A DNA stretch of 64,000 bases, from contig CP086569.2 in assembly GCA_009914755.4 (NCBI GenBank), forward strand, positions 20,224,001 through 20,288,000. The letters run 5' to 3'. The stretch is from the human T2T-CHM13v2.0 reference genome, Homo sapiens. The position numbers were made by a program, and so were the translations under genes. Positions 15,154 through 31,699 of this stretch are shown here, one piece after another; the stretch's first letter is position 1; each line of letters starts with the position of its first letter. The notes below the pieces were generated by a model, which did not search any database, was not told where the DNA came from, and saw only the letters and a program-made list of their open reading frames with translations.

Positions 15154-15526
15154 GATAAGTTTGACTCCGTTTTGCCACCTAAGTCTCATGTCAAATTGTA
15201 ATCTCCAGTGTTAAAGGAGGGGCCTCCTGGGAGGTGTTCAAATCATGAAGGTGGATTTCCCTTTGGCTCTTCTTATAATAAAATTCTCATGACCCCTGTT
15301 TATTTAAAACCTCTTTCTTTACTCTCTCTCTCTCTCTCTGCCGGCCATGTAAAGAAATGCTTGCTTCCCTTTTACCTTGTGCAATGAGGGTAAGTGTCTT
15401 GAGGCCTTCTCAGAAAAAGAAGCTAGTACAACATGCAAAACCCTGAGCCAATTAAACCTCTTTTTAAAATAAATTACCCAGTTGCAGTGGTGTCTTTATA
15501 ACAGTGTGAGAATGGATTAATAATAT
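15154..15526 (+). mobile_element. MaLR solo LTR (THE1/MST-like)
   Basis: Starts tgataagtttgactccgttttgccacctaagtctcatgtcaaattgtaatctccagtgttaaaggaggggcctcctgggaggtgttcaaatcatgaaggtgg (cf. THE1 TGATATGGTTTGGCTGTGTCCCCACCCAAATCTCATCTTGAATTGTAGCTCCC..GGGAGGGACCCAGTGGGAGGTAATTGAATCATGGGGGC). Later ...ctgccggccatgtaaagaaatgcttgcttcccttttaccttgtgcaatgagggtaagtgtcttgaggccttctcag..., then gagccaattaaacctctttttaaaataaattacccagttgcagtggtgtctttataacagtgtgagaatggattaataata (THE1 end: GAGTCCATTAAACCTCTTTCCTTTATAAATTACCCAGTCTCGGGTATGTCTTTATTAGCAGCATGAGAACGGACTAATACA). Confidence 0.8.
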
Positions 15527-16550
15527 ATACCCATATCAACAAACAGTTTTGTTGACAAACTGAAAATTGAAATGCTTTTTATTTTTATAAATGGATCTTT
15601 ATTTTTCTCTCTATACAAAAATTCATTGAAAATATATTAAATACTTAAATGTAAAACCTAAAACTGTAACACTTTTACAAAATAACATTAAAAAAAAGCT
15701 TCATGATTTAGGAGTGCTAAATGAGGATTTGGAAGTAACCTCAAAGGCATGTGCAATAGAAACAAATAATCACATGAGATTTTGTTAGTTAAAAAAATTC
15801 AAAATAAATAAACAAAAGAAATAAATAATAGATTAAGGAGAGAATGCTCAGATTCCAAGAAAATATTTGTGAACCAACTCTAAGGTAAGGGAGAAATATT
15901 CAAGATATACAATAACTCAAACTACTCAAAAAGAAGAAATTTTTAAAAATATCAAAAACAGGCAAGAAACTTGAGCTATTTCCAAAAAAAAAAAAACATA
16001 TAAATAAGCCACAAATGTATTTTTAAACATTCAACATCTATAATTATTACAAATATACAAATGAAATTTATTAAATATTAACTCATACTTGTTGAAATTA
16101 TTGTTATAAAAAAGTTAAAGATAAGTGTTGGTGAAAATGTGAAGAAAAGGAAGTGTTAATGCACCGTTAGAGTTATTGTAAATTAGTAAATATATTACAA
16201 AAATGTAAAATACATAAAATTTGCTCAAAAAACTAAAATACATATTTTATATAATAGAGCAATGCTAACTTTCAGTATATATTCCAAGAAATTGAAATCA
16301 GTATGCCAAAGAGATATTTGTACTATCATGTTGATTGAAGCATTATTTACAATAGCTAAGATATAGAGACAATCTAATGTTTAACCACAGGTGAATAAAT
16401 TTTTAGAAATTTGGTGTATATAAAACCAATAGAATATTTTTTAGCCTCTTAAAAATAGAAACTTCTGTTATTCATGACTACCTAGATAAATCTGGAGAAA
16501 ATGCTAACTGAAACAAGACAAAAAGAGAGAAAAAGGCTGTAAAATCTCAT

Positions 16551-19790
<3,240 letters not shown>

Positions 19791-19799
19791 GCTTGCTTT

Positions 19800-20480
19800 T
19801 TGACAGACTTTTTTGTTCTTTGTTTGTTGCTTTAAGTTTTTTATAAGCTGTGGATTTGAGATTTTTGCCAAACATATAGTTTATGAACAATTTGTCCTAT
19901 TTTATAGGTGGTCTATTTATTCTACACTTAAAGAAAACCCCAGTTGTCAAAGTTTGCTTTTGTTGTAATTGCCTTCAGAGTCTTTCTTATTTAATCTTTG
20001 CCTATGCAAATGTCAATAATGGTATTTTCTAGGTATTCTGTTGTGATATCTTGAGTCTTTTATTGTAACATACATTTTACTTTTTTTAAATTTTAGTAGT
20101 TTTGGGGGAACAGGTGGTGTTTGATCATATGAATAATTTACTTAGTGGTGCTTTCTGAGATTGTAGTGTACCCAAGCAGTGTAACTATGTCCAATATGTA
20201 ATCTTTTATTTCTTACCTCCCTCTCATACTTCCCCAAAGTCTCAAAAGTCCATTTTATGAATTCTTATTCCTTTGCGTCCTCATAGTTTAGCTCCCATTA
20301 TAAGTGAGAACATACAATGTTTGGTTTCCATTTCTGAGTTGCTTCACTTAGAATAATGGCCTCCTAAACCACTGAGATTCCTGTGAGTGACATTGTTTCA
20401 TTTCTTATTATTAATAAGTAATAATTTATGGTATTTATATATACCACATTTTCCTTATCCACTCCTTGATTGATGGTCAT
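19800..20480 (-). mobile_element. L1PB/L1MA-type 3' end fragment
   Basis: Reads tttttaaattttagtagttttgggggaacaggtggtgtttgatcatatgaataatttacttagtggtgctttctgagattgtagtgtacccaagcagtgtaactatgtccaatatgtaatc...ctttgcgtcctcatagtttagctcccattataagtgagaacatacaatgtttggtttccatttctgagttgcttcacttagaataatggcctcc. Confidence 0.8.
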
Positions 20481-20494
20481 TTGGGCTGTTTAAT

Positions 20495-20775
20495 TTTAGT
20501 TTTATTTTAATAGTTTTTTTTGGGGGGGGAAACAGGTGGCATTTGCTTACAAGAATAAGTTCTTTAGTAATGAATTATAAGATATATTAGTTCACCCAAG
20601 TAGTATACGTTGTACCTAAGGTGTAGTTTTTATATTTCTGTCTCCATCCACTTTTTACTTTCTGTGTCTCTAAATTTCATTATATTACTCTGCAAACCTT
20701 ATGTACTTATAGGTTAGCTCCCACTTAAAAATGAGAACATACGCTCTTTGATTATTTACTCCTGTCTCATTTCTT
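20495..20775 (-). mobile_element. Second L1PB/L1MA-type 3' end fragment; partial tandem duplicate of the preceding one
   Basis: Reads ttttagttttattttaatagtttttttttgggggggaaacaggtggcatttgcttacaagaataagttctttagtaatgaattataagatatattagttcacccaagtagtatacgttgtacctaaggtgtag...gttagctcccacttaaaaatgagaacatacgctctttg. Confidence 0.75.
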
Positions 20776-20776
20776 T

Positions 20777-21737
20777 TTTCTTTTTTTTAATTATACTTTA
20801 AGTTTTAGGGTATATCTGCACAAAGTGCAGGTTTGTTATATGTGTATACATGTGCCATGTTGCTGTGCTGCCTCCATTAACTTGTTATTTAACATTAGGT
20901 ATATCTCCTAATGCTATCCCTTTCCCCTCCCCCCACCACACAACAGCCCTCAGTGTGTGATGTTCCTCTTCCTGTGTCCATGTGTTCTCATTGTTCAATT
21001 CCCAACTACGAATGAGAACAAGTGGTGTTTGGTTTTTTGTCCTTGGGATAGTGTGCTGAGAATGATCGTTTCCAGATTTGTCCATGTCCCTACAAACGAC
21101 ATGAACTCATTATTTTTATGGCTGCATAGTATTCCATGGTGTATATGTGCCATATTTTCTTAATACAGTCTACCATTGTTGGGCATTTGGGTTGGTTCCA
21201 AGTCTTTGCTATTGTGAATAGTGCTGCAATAAACATAGGTATGCATGTGTCTTTATAGCAGCATAATTTATAATCCCTTCGGTATATAAACAGTAATGGG
21301 ATGGCTGAGTCAAATGGTATTTCTAACTCCAGATCCCTGAGAAATCACCACACTGACTTCCACAATGGTTGAACTAGTTTATAGTCCCAAAAACAGTGTA
21401 AAAGTGTTCCTATTTCTCCACATCCTCTCCAGCACCTCTTGTTTCCTGACTTTTTAATGATTGCCATTCTAACTGGTGTGAGATGGTATCTCGTTGTTTT
21501 GATTTGCATTCCTCTGATGGCCAGTGATGATGAGCATTTTTTCATGTGTCTGTTGGTTGCATAAATGTTTTCTTTTGAGAAGTGTCTGTTCATATCCTTC
21601 TCCCACTTTTTGTTGGGATTGTTTGCTTTTTCTTGTAAATTTGTTTGAGTTCATTGTAGATTCTGGATGATCTTTGGCAGATGAGTAGGTTGTGAAAATT
21701 TTCTCCCATTTTGTAGGTTGCTTGTTCACTCTGATGT

Positions 21738-21775
<38 letters not shown>

Positions 21776-22823
21776 GCTGTGCAGAAGCTCTTTAGTTTAG
21801 AACCCATTTGTCAATTTTGGCTTTTGTTGCCATTGCTTTTTGTGTTTCAGACATGAAGTCCTTGCCCATGCCTATGTCCTGAATGGTATTGCCTAAGTTT
21901 TCTTCTAGGGTTTTTATGGTTTTAGGTCTAACATGTAAGTCTTTAATCCATTGTGAATTAATTTTTGTATAAGTTTTAAGGAAGGGATCCAGTTTCAGCT
22001 TTCTATATATGGCTAGCCAGTTTTCCCAGCACCATTTATTAAATAGGGAATCATTTCCCCATTTCTTGTTTTTTTCAGGTTTGTCAAAGTTCAGATGGTT
22101 GTAGATATATGGCATTATTTCTGAGGGCTCTGTTCTGTTCCATTGGTCTATATCTCTGGTTTGGTACCAGTACCATGTTGTTTTGGTTACTGTAGCCTTG
22201 TAGTATAGTTTGAAGTCAGGTAGTATGATGTCTCCAGCTTTGTTGTTTTGGCTTAGGATTGACTTGGCAATGCGGGCTCTTTTTTGGTTCCAAATGAACT
22301 TTAAAGTAGTTTTCTCCAATTCTATGAAGAAAGTCATTGGTAGCTTGATGGGGATGGCATTGAATCTATATATTACCTTGGGCAGTATGGCCATTTTCAC
22401 GATATTGATTCTTCCTACCTATGAACCTGGAACGTTCTTCCATTTGTTTGTATCCTCTTTTATTTCATTGAGAAGTGATTTGTAGTTTTCCTTGAAGAGG
22501 TCCTTCACATCCCTTGTAAGTTGGATTCCTAGGTATTTTATTCTCTTTGAAACAATTGTGAATGGGAGTTCACTCATGATTTGGCTCTCTGTTTGTCTGT
22601 TATTGGTGTATAAGAATGCATGTGATTTTTGCATATTGACTTTACATCCTGAGACTTTGCTGAAGTTGCTTATCAGCTTAAGGAGATTTTGGGCTGAGAC
22701 AATGGGGTTTTCTAGATATACGATTATGTCATCAGAAAACAGGGATAATTTGACTTCCTCTTTTCCTAATTGAATACCCTTTATTTCCTTCTCCTGCCTA
22801 ATTACCCTGGCCAGAACTTCCAA
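20777..22823 (-). mobile_element. L1PA 5'-truncated insertion, 3' about 2.0 kb, containing an expanded internal poly-T
   Basis: Poly-T, then ttatactttaagttttagggtatatctgcacaaagtgcaggtttgttatatgtgtatacatgtgccatgttgctgtgctgc... Reverse-complement ORF2 fragments in the ORF track: [25 protein letters not shown]...[31 protein letters not shown] (21792-22400) and ...[30 protein letters not shown]... (22419-22823). Confidence 0.9.
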
Positions 22824-23424
22824 TGTCTCATTTTACTTAAAATGATGGCATTCATCTCAATTCAAGTTGCTGCTAAAGGCATTATTTTGTTTCTTTATAT
22901 GTCTGAGTAGTAATCTTTGGTGTATATGTACCAGATTTTCTTTATCCACTTATTAGTCTATTGATGGTATATAGGTTGATTTCAGATATTTGCAACTGTG
23001 AGTGGTGCTGCTATAAACATACATATGCAAGAAACATACATATGCCAGGGTCTTTTTTATATAATGACCTTTTTCTTTGGGTAAATACCCAGTAGTGATA
23101 TTACTGAATCAAACTGTAGATCTACTGTTAGTTATTTAAGAAATTTCAACACTGTTTTTCATAGTGGTTTTGCTAGTTAAGATACCCACCAGCAGTGTAA
23201 AAGTTTTCCCATATCACCACTTCCATGCCAACATCTATTATTTCTTGAGTTTTAAAATTATGAACATTTTCACAGAAATAAGGTTGTATCATATTATTGT
23301 TTTAATTTGTTTTTCCTTGACAATTAGTAATGTTGAGCAATTTTTGTATGCTTGTTGACCATTGGTATATATTCTTTTGAAATTTTCTATTCATGTTCTT
23401 TGTCAGCTTTTTAATGGGACTATT

Positions 23425-23752
23425 TGTTTTTTCTTTTTTTTTTTTTTTTGTTTTTTTGTTTCTTTTGAGAGAGAGTCTAACTCTCTATCAGACTGACTGG
23501 AGTGCAGTGGTGCGATCTTGGCTCCCTGAAACCTCCACCTCCCTGGTTCATGTCATTCTCCTTCCTCAGCCTCCCAGTTAGCTGAGACTACAGTAGGTGC
23601 CAGCCACGCTGCCTGGCTAATTTTTTGTATTCTTAGTAGGGACGAGGTTTCACTGTGTTTGCCAGGATGGTCTCAATCTCCTGACCTCGTGATACACCAG
23701 CCTCAGCCTCCCAAAGTGCTGGGATTACAGGCATGAGCCACCATGCCCGGCC
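23425..23752 (-). mobile_element. Alu nested in the old L1
   Basis: Poly-T, then gagagagagtctaactctctatcagactgactggagtgcagtggtgcgatcttggctccctgaaacctccacctccc...gcctcccaaagtgctgggattacaggcatgagccaccatgcccggcc. Confidence 0.9.
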
Positions 23753-26229
23753 TTGTTTTATTCTTGATGACTTATTTGGGTTACTGTTAGATTCTCAATA
23801 TTAGTTCTTTGTTGAATGCATAGTTTGCAAAAATTTTCTTCCATTCTGTGGATTGTCTGTTCACTTTGCTTATTATTTCTTTACCTGTACAGAAGCTTTT
23901 CAGTTTAAGTTTCCTCTGTTATATTTGATTTTATTGCCTTTTCTTTTGGGTTTTTGGTCATGAACTCTTTGCCGAAGCCAATGTCTAGAATAGATTTTAC
24001 CATGTTATCTTCTAGAATTTTCATGATTTCCAGCCATAGATTTAAGTCTTTGATCCATCTTGAGTCTATTTTTGCATAAAGTGAGAGATGAAGATCCAGA
24101 TTTACTTTTTTTACATTTGGCTTGCCAATTATTTAAGCACCATTGGTTAAATAAAGTTTCCCTTTTTCCTTTTATGTTTTTGTTTGCTTTGTCAAAAATC
24201 AGTTGGTTGTATGTATTTGTCTTGATTTCTGGGTTCTGTGTTTTCTTTCACTGGTTTATATTCCTGTTTTAATAAGAGTACCATGCTGTTTTGGTGTCTA
24301 TAGTGCTGTAGTATAGTTTGAAATCAGGTAATGTGATTCCTCCCCATATGTTCTTTTTTATTAGTCTTGCTTTATTTATGAAGGCTCATTTTGAATTTTA
24401 TGAGAGTTTTAGCATTGATTTTTGTCTTGTTCTGTGAAGAGTGATGATGGTATTTTGATGGAAATTGCATTGAATTTGTGGAATGCTTTTGGCAATATTA
24501 TCAGTTTCACAATATTAATTCTACTTAACAATGAGTATGGGTTGTGTTTTCATTTGTTTCATCATTGATGATCTTTCAGGAATACTTTGTTGTTTTCCTT
24601 CCAGAGGACTTTCACCTCCTTGGTTAGGTATATTCAGGAATTGTATTTTTTTTTTTTTTTTTTTGGCAGCTATTGTAAAAGGAGTTGAGATTTTGATTTG
24701 ATTCTCAGCTTTGTTGTTTTTACTGTGTAGCAGTTCTACTGATTTGTGTACTTTGATATTATGTCATGAGACATTACCAAATTTGTATATCAGAAGTAGG
24801 AGTTTTTTAGATGAGCCTTTAGTGTTTTCTAGGTATATGATTATATCATCAATGAACAGCAATAGTTTGAGTTTTTCTTTTTTAATTAGGATGCCCTTTA
24901 TATATATTTTTTTCTTTTGGTCTGATTGCTCTGACTAGGACTTCTAGTACTATGCTGAATAGAAGGAATAAAACTGGACATTTCTGCCTTTGTCTTATTC
25001 CAGTTGTCAGGGATACAGCTTTAAACTTTTCTTCATTCAGTAAACTGTTGTCAGAGGATTTTTCATAATTTTTTTAAGTTACCTTAGAGTATGTCCCTTG
25101 TATGCCAATTTTCCTAATGGTTTTAATAATAAAGCATGCTGGATTCTGTCAAATGATTTTTCTGCATCTATTGAGGCAATAATGTAATTTTTGTTTTAAA
25201 TTCTGCTTAGGTGGTGTATCACATTTGTTGACTTCTGTGTGTTAAACCATCTCTGCATCCCTGGTATAAAACCATTTTTTCAAGATGTAGTAGCATTTTG
25301 ATATGCTATAACATTTGGTGAGCAAGTGATTTTGTTGAGAATTTTTGCATCTATTTTTATCAAAGATACTGTCTGTAGCGTTTTTGTTATATTATACCTT
25401 TGTTTGGGTATTAGAGTAATAGTGGCTTCATAGAATGATTTAGGAAACATTTCCTTGTTCTTTACCTTTTATATTAGTTTCAGTAGAATTGGTCTTAATT
25501 CTTTCTTGAATGGCTGATTGATTTCGCCTGTGAATCCATCTGGTCTTGGACTTATTTTTTTGTTAGCAATTTTTATTTACCATTTTAGTTTCACTTCCTG
25601 TTATTGATCTATTTAGAGTTTCTATTTCTTCCTTAGTTAATCTAGCAGGGTAATATATTTATGAGAATTTATACATCTCCTCTAGCTTTTCTAGTTTGTG
25701 CACTTAAGTGTTTACAGTAGCCTTGAATGATATGTTGAATTTCTGTGACATCAATTGTATGTCTCTCATTTTGTTTCCAATTGAACTTCTTTGGAATTTC
25801 TTTTTTCTTTACAGGGTTAATCTTGTTAATAATTTATTAATTTTGTTTATCTTTAAAAAACAGCCTCGTGTTTTATTTATCCCTTGTATTATATTGTTTT
25901 AATTTATTTTGTTTATGCTCTGATCTTTGCTATTATTTACTCTTTTGCTGGATTTAGATTTGATTTCTTTTTATTTCTCTAGTTTCTTAAGGTGTGACTA
26001 TAGATGGTTTATTTGTGCTTTTTCAAACTTCTTGATGTAGGCACTAAATGCTATATACCTTCCTCTTTGCACTCCCCTTTTTTTTTGTATCCAAGAGATT
26101 TTGATCACTTTTATCATAATTATTATTGAGTTTAATGAATTTTTAAATTTATCTCTTGATTTTATTGTTGACACAAAGATTACTCAGAAGCAGATTATTT
26201 AATTTCTATATCTTTGCATACCTTTGAGG

Positions 26230-26523
26230 GTTTTTTTTTTTTTAATGGAGTCTCACTCTATAGCCCAAGCTGTAGTTCAGTGGCATAATATAGGTTCACT
26301 GAAACCTCCAGCCCCCAGGCCCAAGTGATTCTTGTGCCTGAACTTCCTAAACAACTGGAACTACAGGCACACACCACCATGCCCGGCAATGTTTTTGAAT
26401 TTTAGTGGAGACAGGGTTTCACCGTGTTGCCCAGGGTGCTCTCAAACTCCTGAGCTCAGGTGATCCACCCACCTCAGCCTCCCAAAATACTGGAATTATA
26501 GGTGTGAGCCGCTGTGCCCAGCT
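26230..26523 (-). mobile_element. Alu nested in the old L1
   Basis: tttttttttttttaatggagtctcactctatagcccaagctgtagttcagtggcataatataggttcactgaaacctccagcc...cctcccaaaatactggaattataggtgtgagccgctgtgcccagc. Confidence 0.9.
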
Positions 26524-28989
26524 TGAAGATTATTTTTGATATTGATTTTCCATTTCATTTGGCTGTTGTCTGAGAGGGTATTTGATATAATATTGATTTT
26601 CTTAAATTTATTGAGACTTGTTTTGTGGCCTATCATACTGTCTGTCCTACAGAATGGTATATGTACTAATATGTATTCTAAACCTTCTGGGTACAATGCT
26701 CAGTAAATATCTTTTCAGTCCAATTGTTGATGGGTATAATTTAAATTAATTGTTTCTTTGTTGACTTTCTTTCTTGATGGCTTATCTAGCACTGTCCATG
26801 GAGTCTGGAACACTCTCATTGTGTTGCCATCTGTCTCATTTCTTCGGCCTAGTAATTATTTTTTATACATCTGGAAGCTCCAATGTTAGGTGCATATATA
26901 TTTAGCATTGTGATATTTTCCTGTTGGGCTAGTCTTCTTATCGTTATAAATGTTCCTGTTTATCTTTTTAAACTGTTGTTCCTCTAAAATTTGTTTTGTC
27001 TTATATAATAGTGATTCCTGCTGAATTTGGAGTCCATTTGCATGCAATATCATTTTCCACACTTTTACCTCAATTATATGTGAGTCCTTATGTGTTAAGT
27101 AAGACTATTGAAGACAGCATATGATGCATGAATTCTTACTTATTCTGTCATTCTGTGTCCTTTAAAGTGTAGCATTTAGTCCATTTACATTAAGTGTTAT
27201 TATTGAGATGTCAGGTACTATTCTATTCATTGTGTTAGTTATTGCCTGAATACTTCGTTTTATTTTTCCATTGTGGTATTTTTTTAAAGGCTGTGTGCAA
27301 TTTGCTTTAAGAAGTTTCTATTTTGGTCTCTTGCAAGATTTTCCTTCAAGATTTATAATTCCTTTCAACAGTTTTTGTAGTCCTGGCTGGGTAGTGGCAA
27401 ATTCTCTCAGCATTTGTTTGTCTAAAGAATACTATATATCTTCTTCATTTATAAAGCTTTTACTGCATGTGAAATTCTTGCTGATAATTATTTTGTTCAG
27501 TGACACTAAAGATGGAACCCCAATCCATTCTAGCTGGTAGGTTGTTTTCTGATAAATCTGTTGTTAATCTCACAGGTTTTCCTTGATAAGTTACCTGATG
27601 CTATTGCCTGACAGCTTTCAAGATTCTTTTATTTTTCTTGACTTTCTCTAGTGCAGGTATCATGAAAGTAAAGTGGGCTTTCTGAGAGTACTTTGATGTA
27701 GTTTCATGTAGTGTGCTGATTTTCTCAAATGCTTGTTAGGCTAGCAATAAAGTTGTCATATGGACAGATCCAGAATTTCTTGTTAGCCAAAAGGTCACAA
27801 GTGGTGAAATTAGCTGATATTTTATCTTTCACTGAAGCAGGAATGCTTTGTTATGAGTTGCTGTAATGGCTTCAGTTGGGCTGACCTCTAGCCAGTGGGT
27901 GGCAGTTTAAAGACAGCATCCACTGTGGTAGTATAGAAAAAAACTGTCAGATTAACACATGCATGCCCTAAGATCGTCCAGATAAGTATTTGGGTTTCTC
28001 AGCTGATGAGTGGGGCATAGAGCTTCCACAAGCCTTTGACTACTAGATTGGGTAGAGAAAGACCATCAGGTTAAATATGTTTGAGCTGACTGTCCTTGTG
28101 CAGCTTACCATAGCCAGTGTCAGGTTTGTGGTGTAGTTCTCAGGCCAATAGATTTATGTTCCATGTGGGATTCTTGCATCCTCTGCTGCTTTTTACAGGT
28201 CACCAGGAAATGGGGGGAAAACCTGCACTGACTATCTTCATTCAGCTTCCAATTACTCAGAAAGGCCAGTCTCATTTCTACTGTGCTCCTCTAACATCCA
28301 AAAGAGCTGAATTTATTTCAAGACCTTTTAGTGTCCAGGGCTGAGATCTTGCCTTAGGCTACAATCCTCTGCACTGAGAAAACAAGCAGCTCTTTCAGGC
28401 TTCACTCTCCATGTCTGCTGCAACATCTAAGTTTGTGTCTGCACTTACTCTTCACTCAATCACTCCCCAATACTGCTTAGAAATATCCACAGTCAGTTGA
28501 TATTATTACAAAATTCAGCTGGAAATCTTCTGTGAGCCTTCCTCAATTTCATGGGCTGACCTCCCACTGGCCTTTGTGAGACAGTCAGAAATGACTTTCC
28601 TGTGCTTCTCTGGTGACCAGGAGAGCACACAGAGTTCTTTCCACTGCTTCTTCTACTTTTATATTTCCCTCAGCTCTCTAAAATTATTTCAGCTCTAGGT
28701 AAGGTTAAATTACTTTTTCATTATCTTTAAGGTTCTCCAGTGAGTACTTGTGTTCAGAGGTGAGTTTTCCTTTTCACATTTTCAGCACTCACATTTTTTT
28801 GGCTGCCTGATGGAATTTAGTGTAGAAAGCCACTTCTTTTAAAGAAAATGTAAATTCTTTCAGTTTTCCTGATATGTTCCTGTGGTGATTCTTGATGCAA
28901 AATTCACAATGTGAGTCCCCACATACATTTTTGTCCCTGCAAGCTGATAAAATATCCTCCATCTGCCATTTTTTTATCATGTTTAAGCC

Positions 28990-31190
28990 TTAAATTAATC
29001 TTGCATTAATTTTTATATGGAAATAGGGAAAAGTGTAGTTTCAATATTCTGCATATGGCTAGCTAGTTATTTCAGCACCATTTATTGGCAAAAAGTACTT
29101 TTTTCATTGCTTGTTATAGTTTTTTTTGTTAAATATCAAATTGTTATAGTTTATTACTATGCTTCCTAACTTGTTTTACTGGTTTACGTGTCAAGTTTTT
29201 ACCAGTATCTTGCTGTTTTAGTTACTGTAGCTTTGCAATACAGTTTAAAGCCAGGTATTGTGATGCCTCAGATTTTGTGCTTTCTTTATAATTTGTTTGA
29301 ATTTTAGGCTCTGTTTGATTCTAAATAAATTTTAAAATTGTTTTAAATACTGTGAAATTGCTTCAATTTCTGTAAAAATTATCATTGATGGTTTGATATA
29401 AATAACATTACATCTATAAATTGCTTTAGCCATTATAGCAATATTGAATAATTCTATCTAATAAAATAAAATATTTCTCATTTTTTGTGTCTTCTCTAAC
29501 GTATTTCAGCATTATTTTTTAGTTGACATTGTAGAGATCTTTTAACTCCTTGGTTAGCTGTATTCACAGGGTTTTTTTGTGGCTATTAGGAATGAGATTG
29601 TGTTTTGCCTTGGCTCTTAGCTTGGGCACCACACATATATAAAATTCTAATAATTTTTATACTTATATTTTTTATCTTGAAAATTTGCTGAAGTTGTTTA
29701 CCAGATTGAGCAACTTTTGAGTAAAAATTATAAGGTGTTCTTTTTATTGTGTGATACTGCCTGTGAAGAGAAATTGTTTAATTTTCACTCTTTCTATTTA
29801 GATGTCATTTTATTTATTTCTTTAGCCTGAGTGCTCTGGTTAGTTTGTCCGGTACTATGTTACAAAAAAGTGGTGAAAATTGGCATTTTTGCTTAGCTCT
29901 AATTACCTAGGAGAATATTTCTAGCTTTTGCCTATTTAGTGTAATGTTGGCCATGAGTTTGTGTAGGTGGTTCTTATCATATTGAGAGGTAACCCTGCAA
30001 TGCCTAGTTTGCAAAGTGTTTGTAACAGAGAGATAATGAGTTTTACAAATGTATTTTTTCATTTATTAAAATGATAATGTGGTTTTGTTTTTAGGTATTT
30101 TTCTGTGGTTAATCATATTTATTGATTTGGATATGTTAAAGAATTCTTGAATTTCAGAAGCAAACCCTTCTTGATCAAGGTGGATTAACTTTCTGTTGTG
30201 TCACTAAATTCAGTTTGCTGGTGTTTTCTTTAGAAATTTTGTATTTGTGCTCATCAAAAATATTGGCATAAATTTTTTATTGTTGTAGTTTCTCTTCCAG
30301 GCTTTGGTATCAAAACATTAGTGTCCTTATACAATGAGTTAGAAAGGAGTCTCTCTTGATCTGTTTGAAATAACTTAAGTACAAATTAGAGAAGTTTTTT
30401 TCATATTAAGCAGAATTCAGATGTAAATCCACCAGTTCCAGATATTTTTTAGTTTATAAATTTTTAACTGATTATTTAACTCTGAAACTTATTATTTATC
30501 TGTTCTGGGCTACAGTTTATTTCTGACTATATCTGAAAGTTTGTACGCTTTCAGAAATTCATTTATTTTAGATTTTCTCGCTTGTGTGCATAGAAATGTT
30601 CATATGAGTCTCTAAGTTTTTTTAACTTATTTTTTATTTCTACGGGGTTAGTAATAACATTAAGTTTTCGATTTCTGATTGTGCTATTTAAAGATGTTCT
30701 CTACTTTGTATTAGTCACACAAGTAGTCAATTTTATTTGTTCTTTAAAAAAGACGTTTAATTTTTTTAATTATTACATTGTTTTTCTCATCTCCATTTTG
30801 TTAACTTCAACTCTGATTTGTTTTGTTTTGTTTTCTCTTTTGTTGTCTTACTTTTTTTTTTTTTTAGATGTAATATTATAGTGTTCGTTTTAAATCTTCT
30901 TAAGTTGGTAATATGGGTGTTTAGTGCTACAAATATTTACCTTAACACCGCTTTAGCTAGGTCACAGAGATTTTTACGTGTTATATATTTATTAGTATTA
31001 ATTTCAGGGAATTTTTTGACTACTGCCTAACTTTATTGTTTCCTAAATGTTATTTAAAAATGTATTATTTAATTTATATTTCATTATATGATTTTGAGTG
31101 ATTTTATCATATTAATTTTTATTCATAGTAAGTTTTGGTCTGAGGGTGTGATTGGTAACCAAAAGTATGGACAAAATTGATGAGAATTAT
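28990..31190 (-). mobile_element. L1M (old mammalian L1) ORF2 fragment
   Basis: Reverse complement of 29040-29090 matches L1 ORF2 ...[11 protein letters not shown]... (atggctagctagttatttcagcaccatttattggcaaaaag). Continuous L1-ORF2-like reverse-complement sequence through about 31180. Confidence 0.7.
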
Positions 31191-31500
31191 GCTAAATGAA
31201 ATAATCAAACACCAGAAAGACAAATACTGCATGAACTTACTGACATATAGAAATAAGACAATTGATGTATAAAAATAAAAACAATTGAACGCATAAAATT
31301 AGGGAATTGAATAATGGTTACCATAGGTTAGGGGTGGGAAAAAAATAGAAGGCCAATTAAGAGATGCAAAACCTCAGTTAGAGAATTAAACACTTCAGAT
31401 ACTTTATTATCATTATTATTATTATTTTGAAATCTGTTTGACCATGTGAAGAATACAGCTGTGAATTTAGTGATATCTTCTTAAATATAGTTAACAAAGT
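31180..31500 (+). mobile_element. L1M-type 3' end fragment
   Basis: ataatggttaccataggttaggggtgggaaaaaaatagaaggccaattaagagatgcaaaacctcagttagagaattaaacacttcagatactttattatcattattattattattttgaaatctgtttgaccatgtgaagaatacagctgtgaatttagtgatatcttcttaaatatagttaacaaagtgtatc (typical L1MA/L1M 3' terminus). Confidence 0.65.
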
Positions 31501-31699
31501 GTATCTTAAATATTTTTATCACAAAATACATCATTTGCAAAAATTTCTTCAGTAATACCCCAGAATCACAGGAAAGCATGTCAAAAAGGGACAAATAAAA
31601 TTATGTCAAGTAAAAAGAAAACTTCTGCAAAGCAAAATAAACAATTAAGAAAATAAAGAGACCCACAACATGGAATAAAATATTTTCAAACTATCCATC

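Larger units (their letters stand above)
22850..28990 (-). mobile_element. Older L1 (L1PB/L1MA-like), near full length, about 5.5 kb of L1 plus two nested Alus
   Basis: 3' end at 22850-23430 (...ggtaaatacccagtagtgatattactgaatcaaactgtagatctactgttagttatttaagaaatttcaacactgtttttcatagtggttttgctagttaagatacccaccagcagtgtaaaagttttcccatatcacc). ORF2 in reverse complement across 23760-27300. ORF1: reverse complement of 27400-27470 gives KLYK.. and FRQTNAERICH (~FTDKQMLREF), and reverse complement of 27600-27650 gives QGKPVRLTTDLSEN (~KGKPIRLTADLSAET). 27700-28990 is the presumed 5'UTR, low confidence. Confidence 0.75.
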
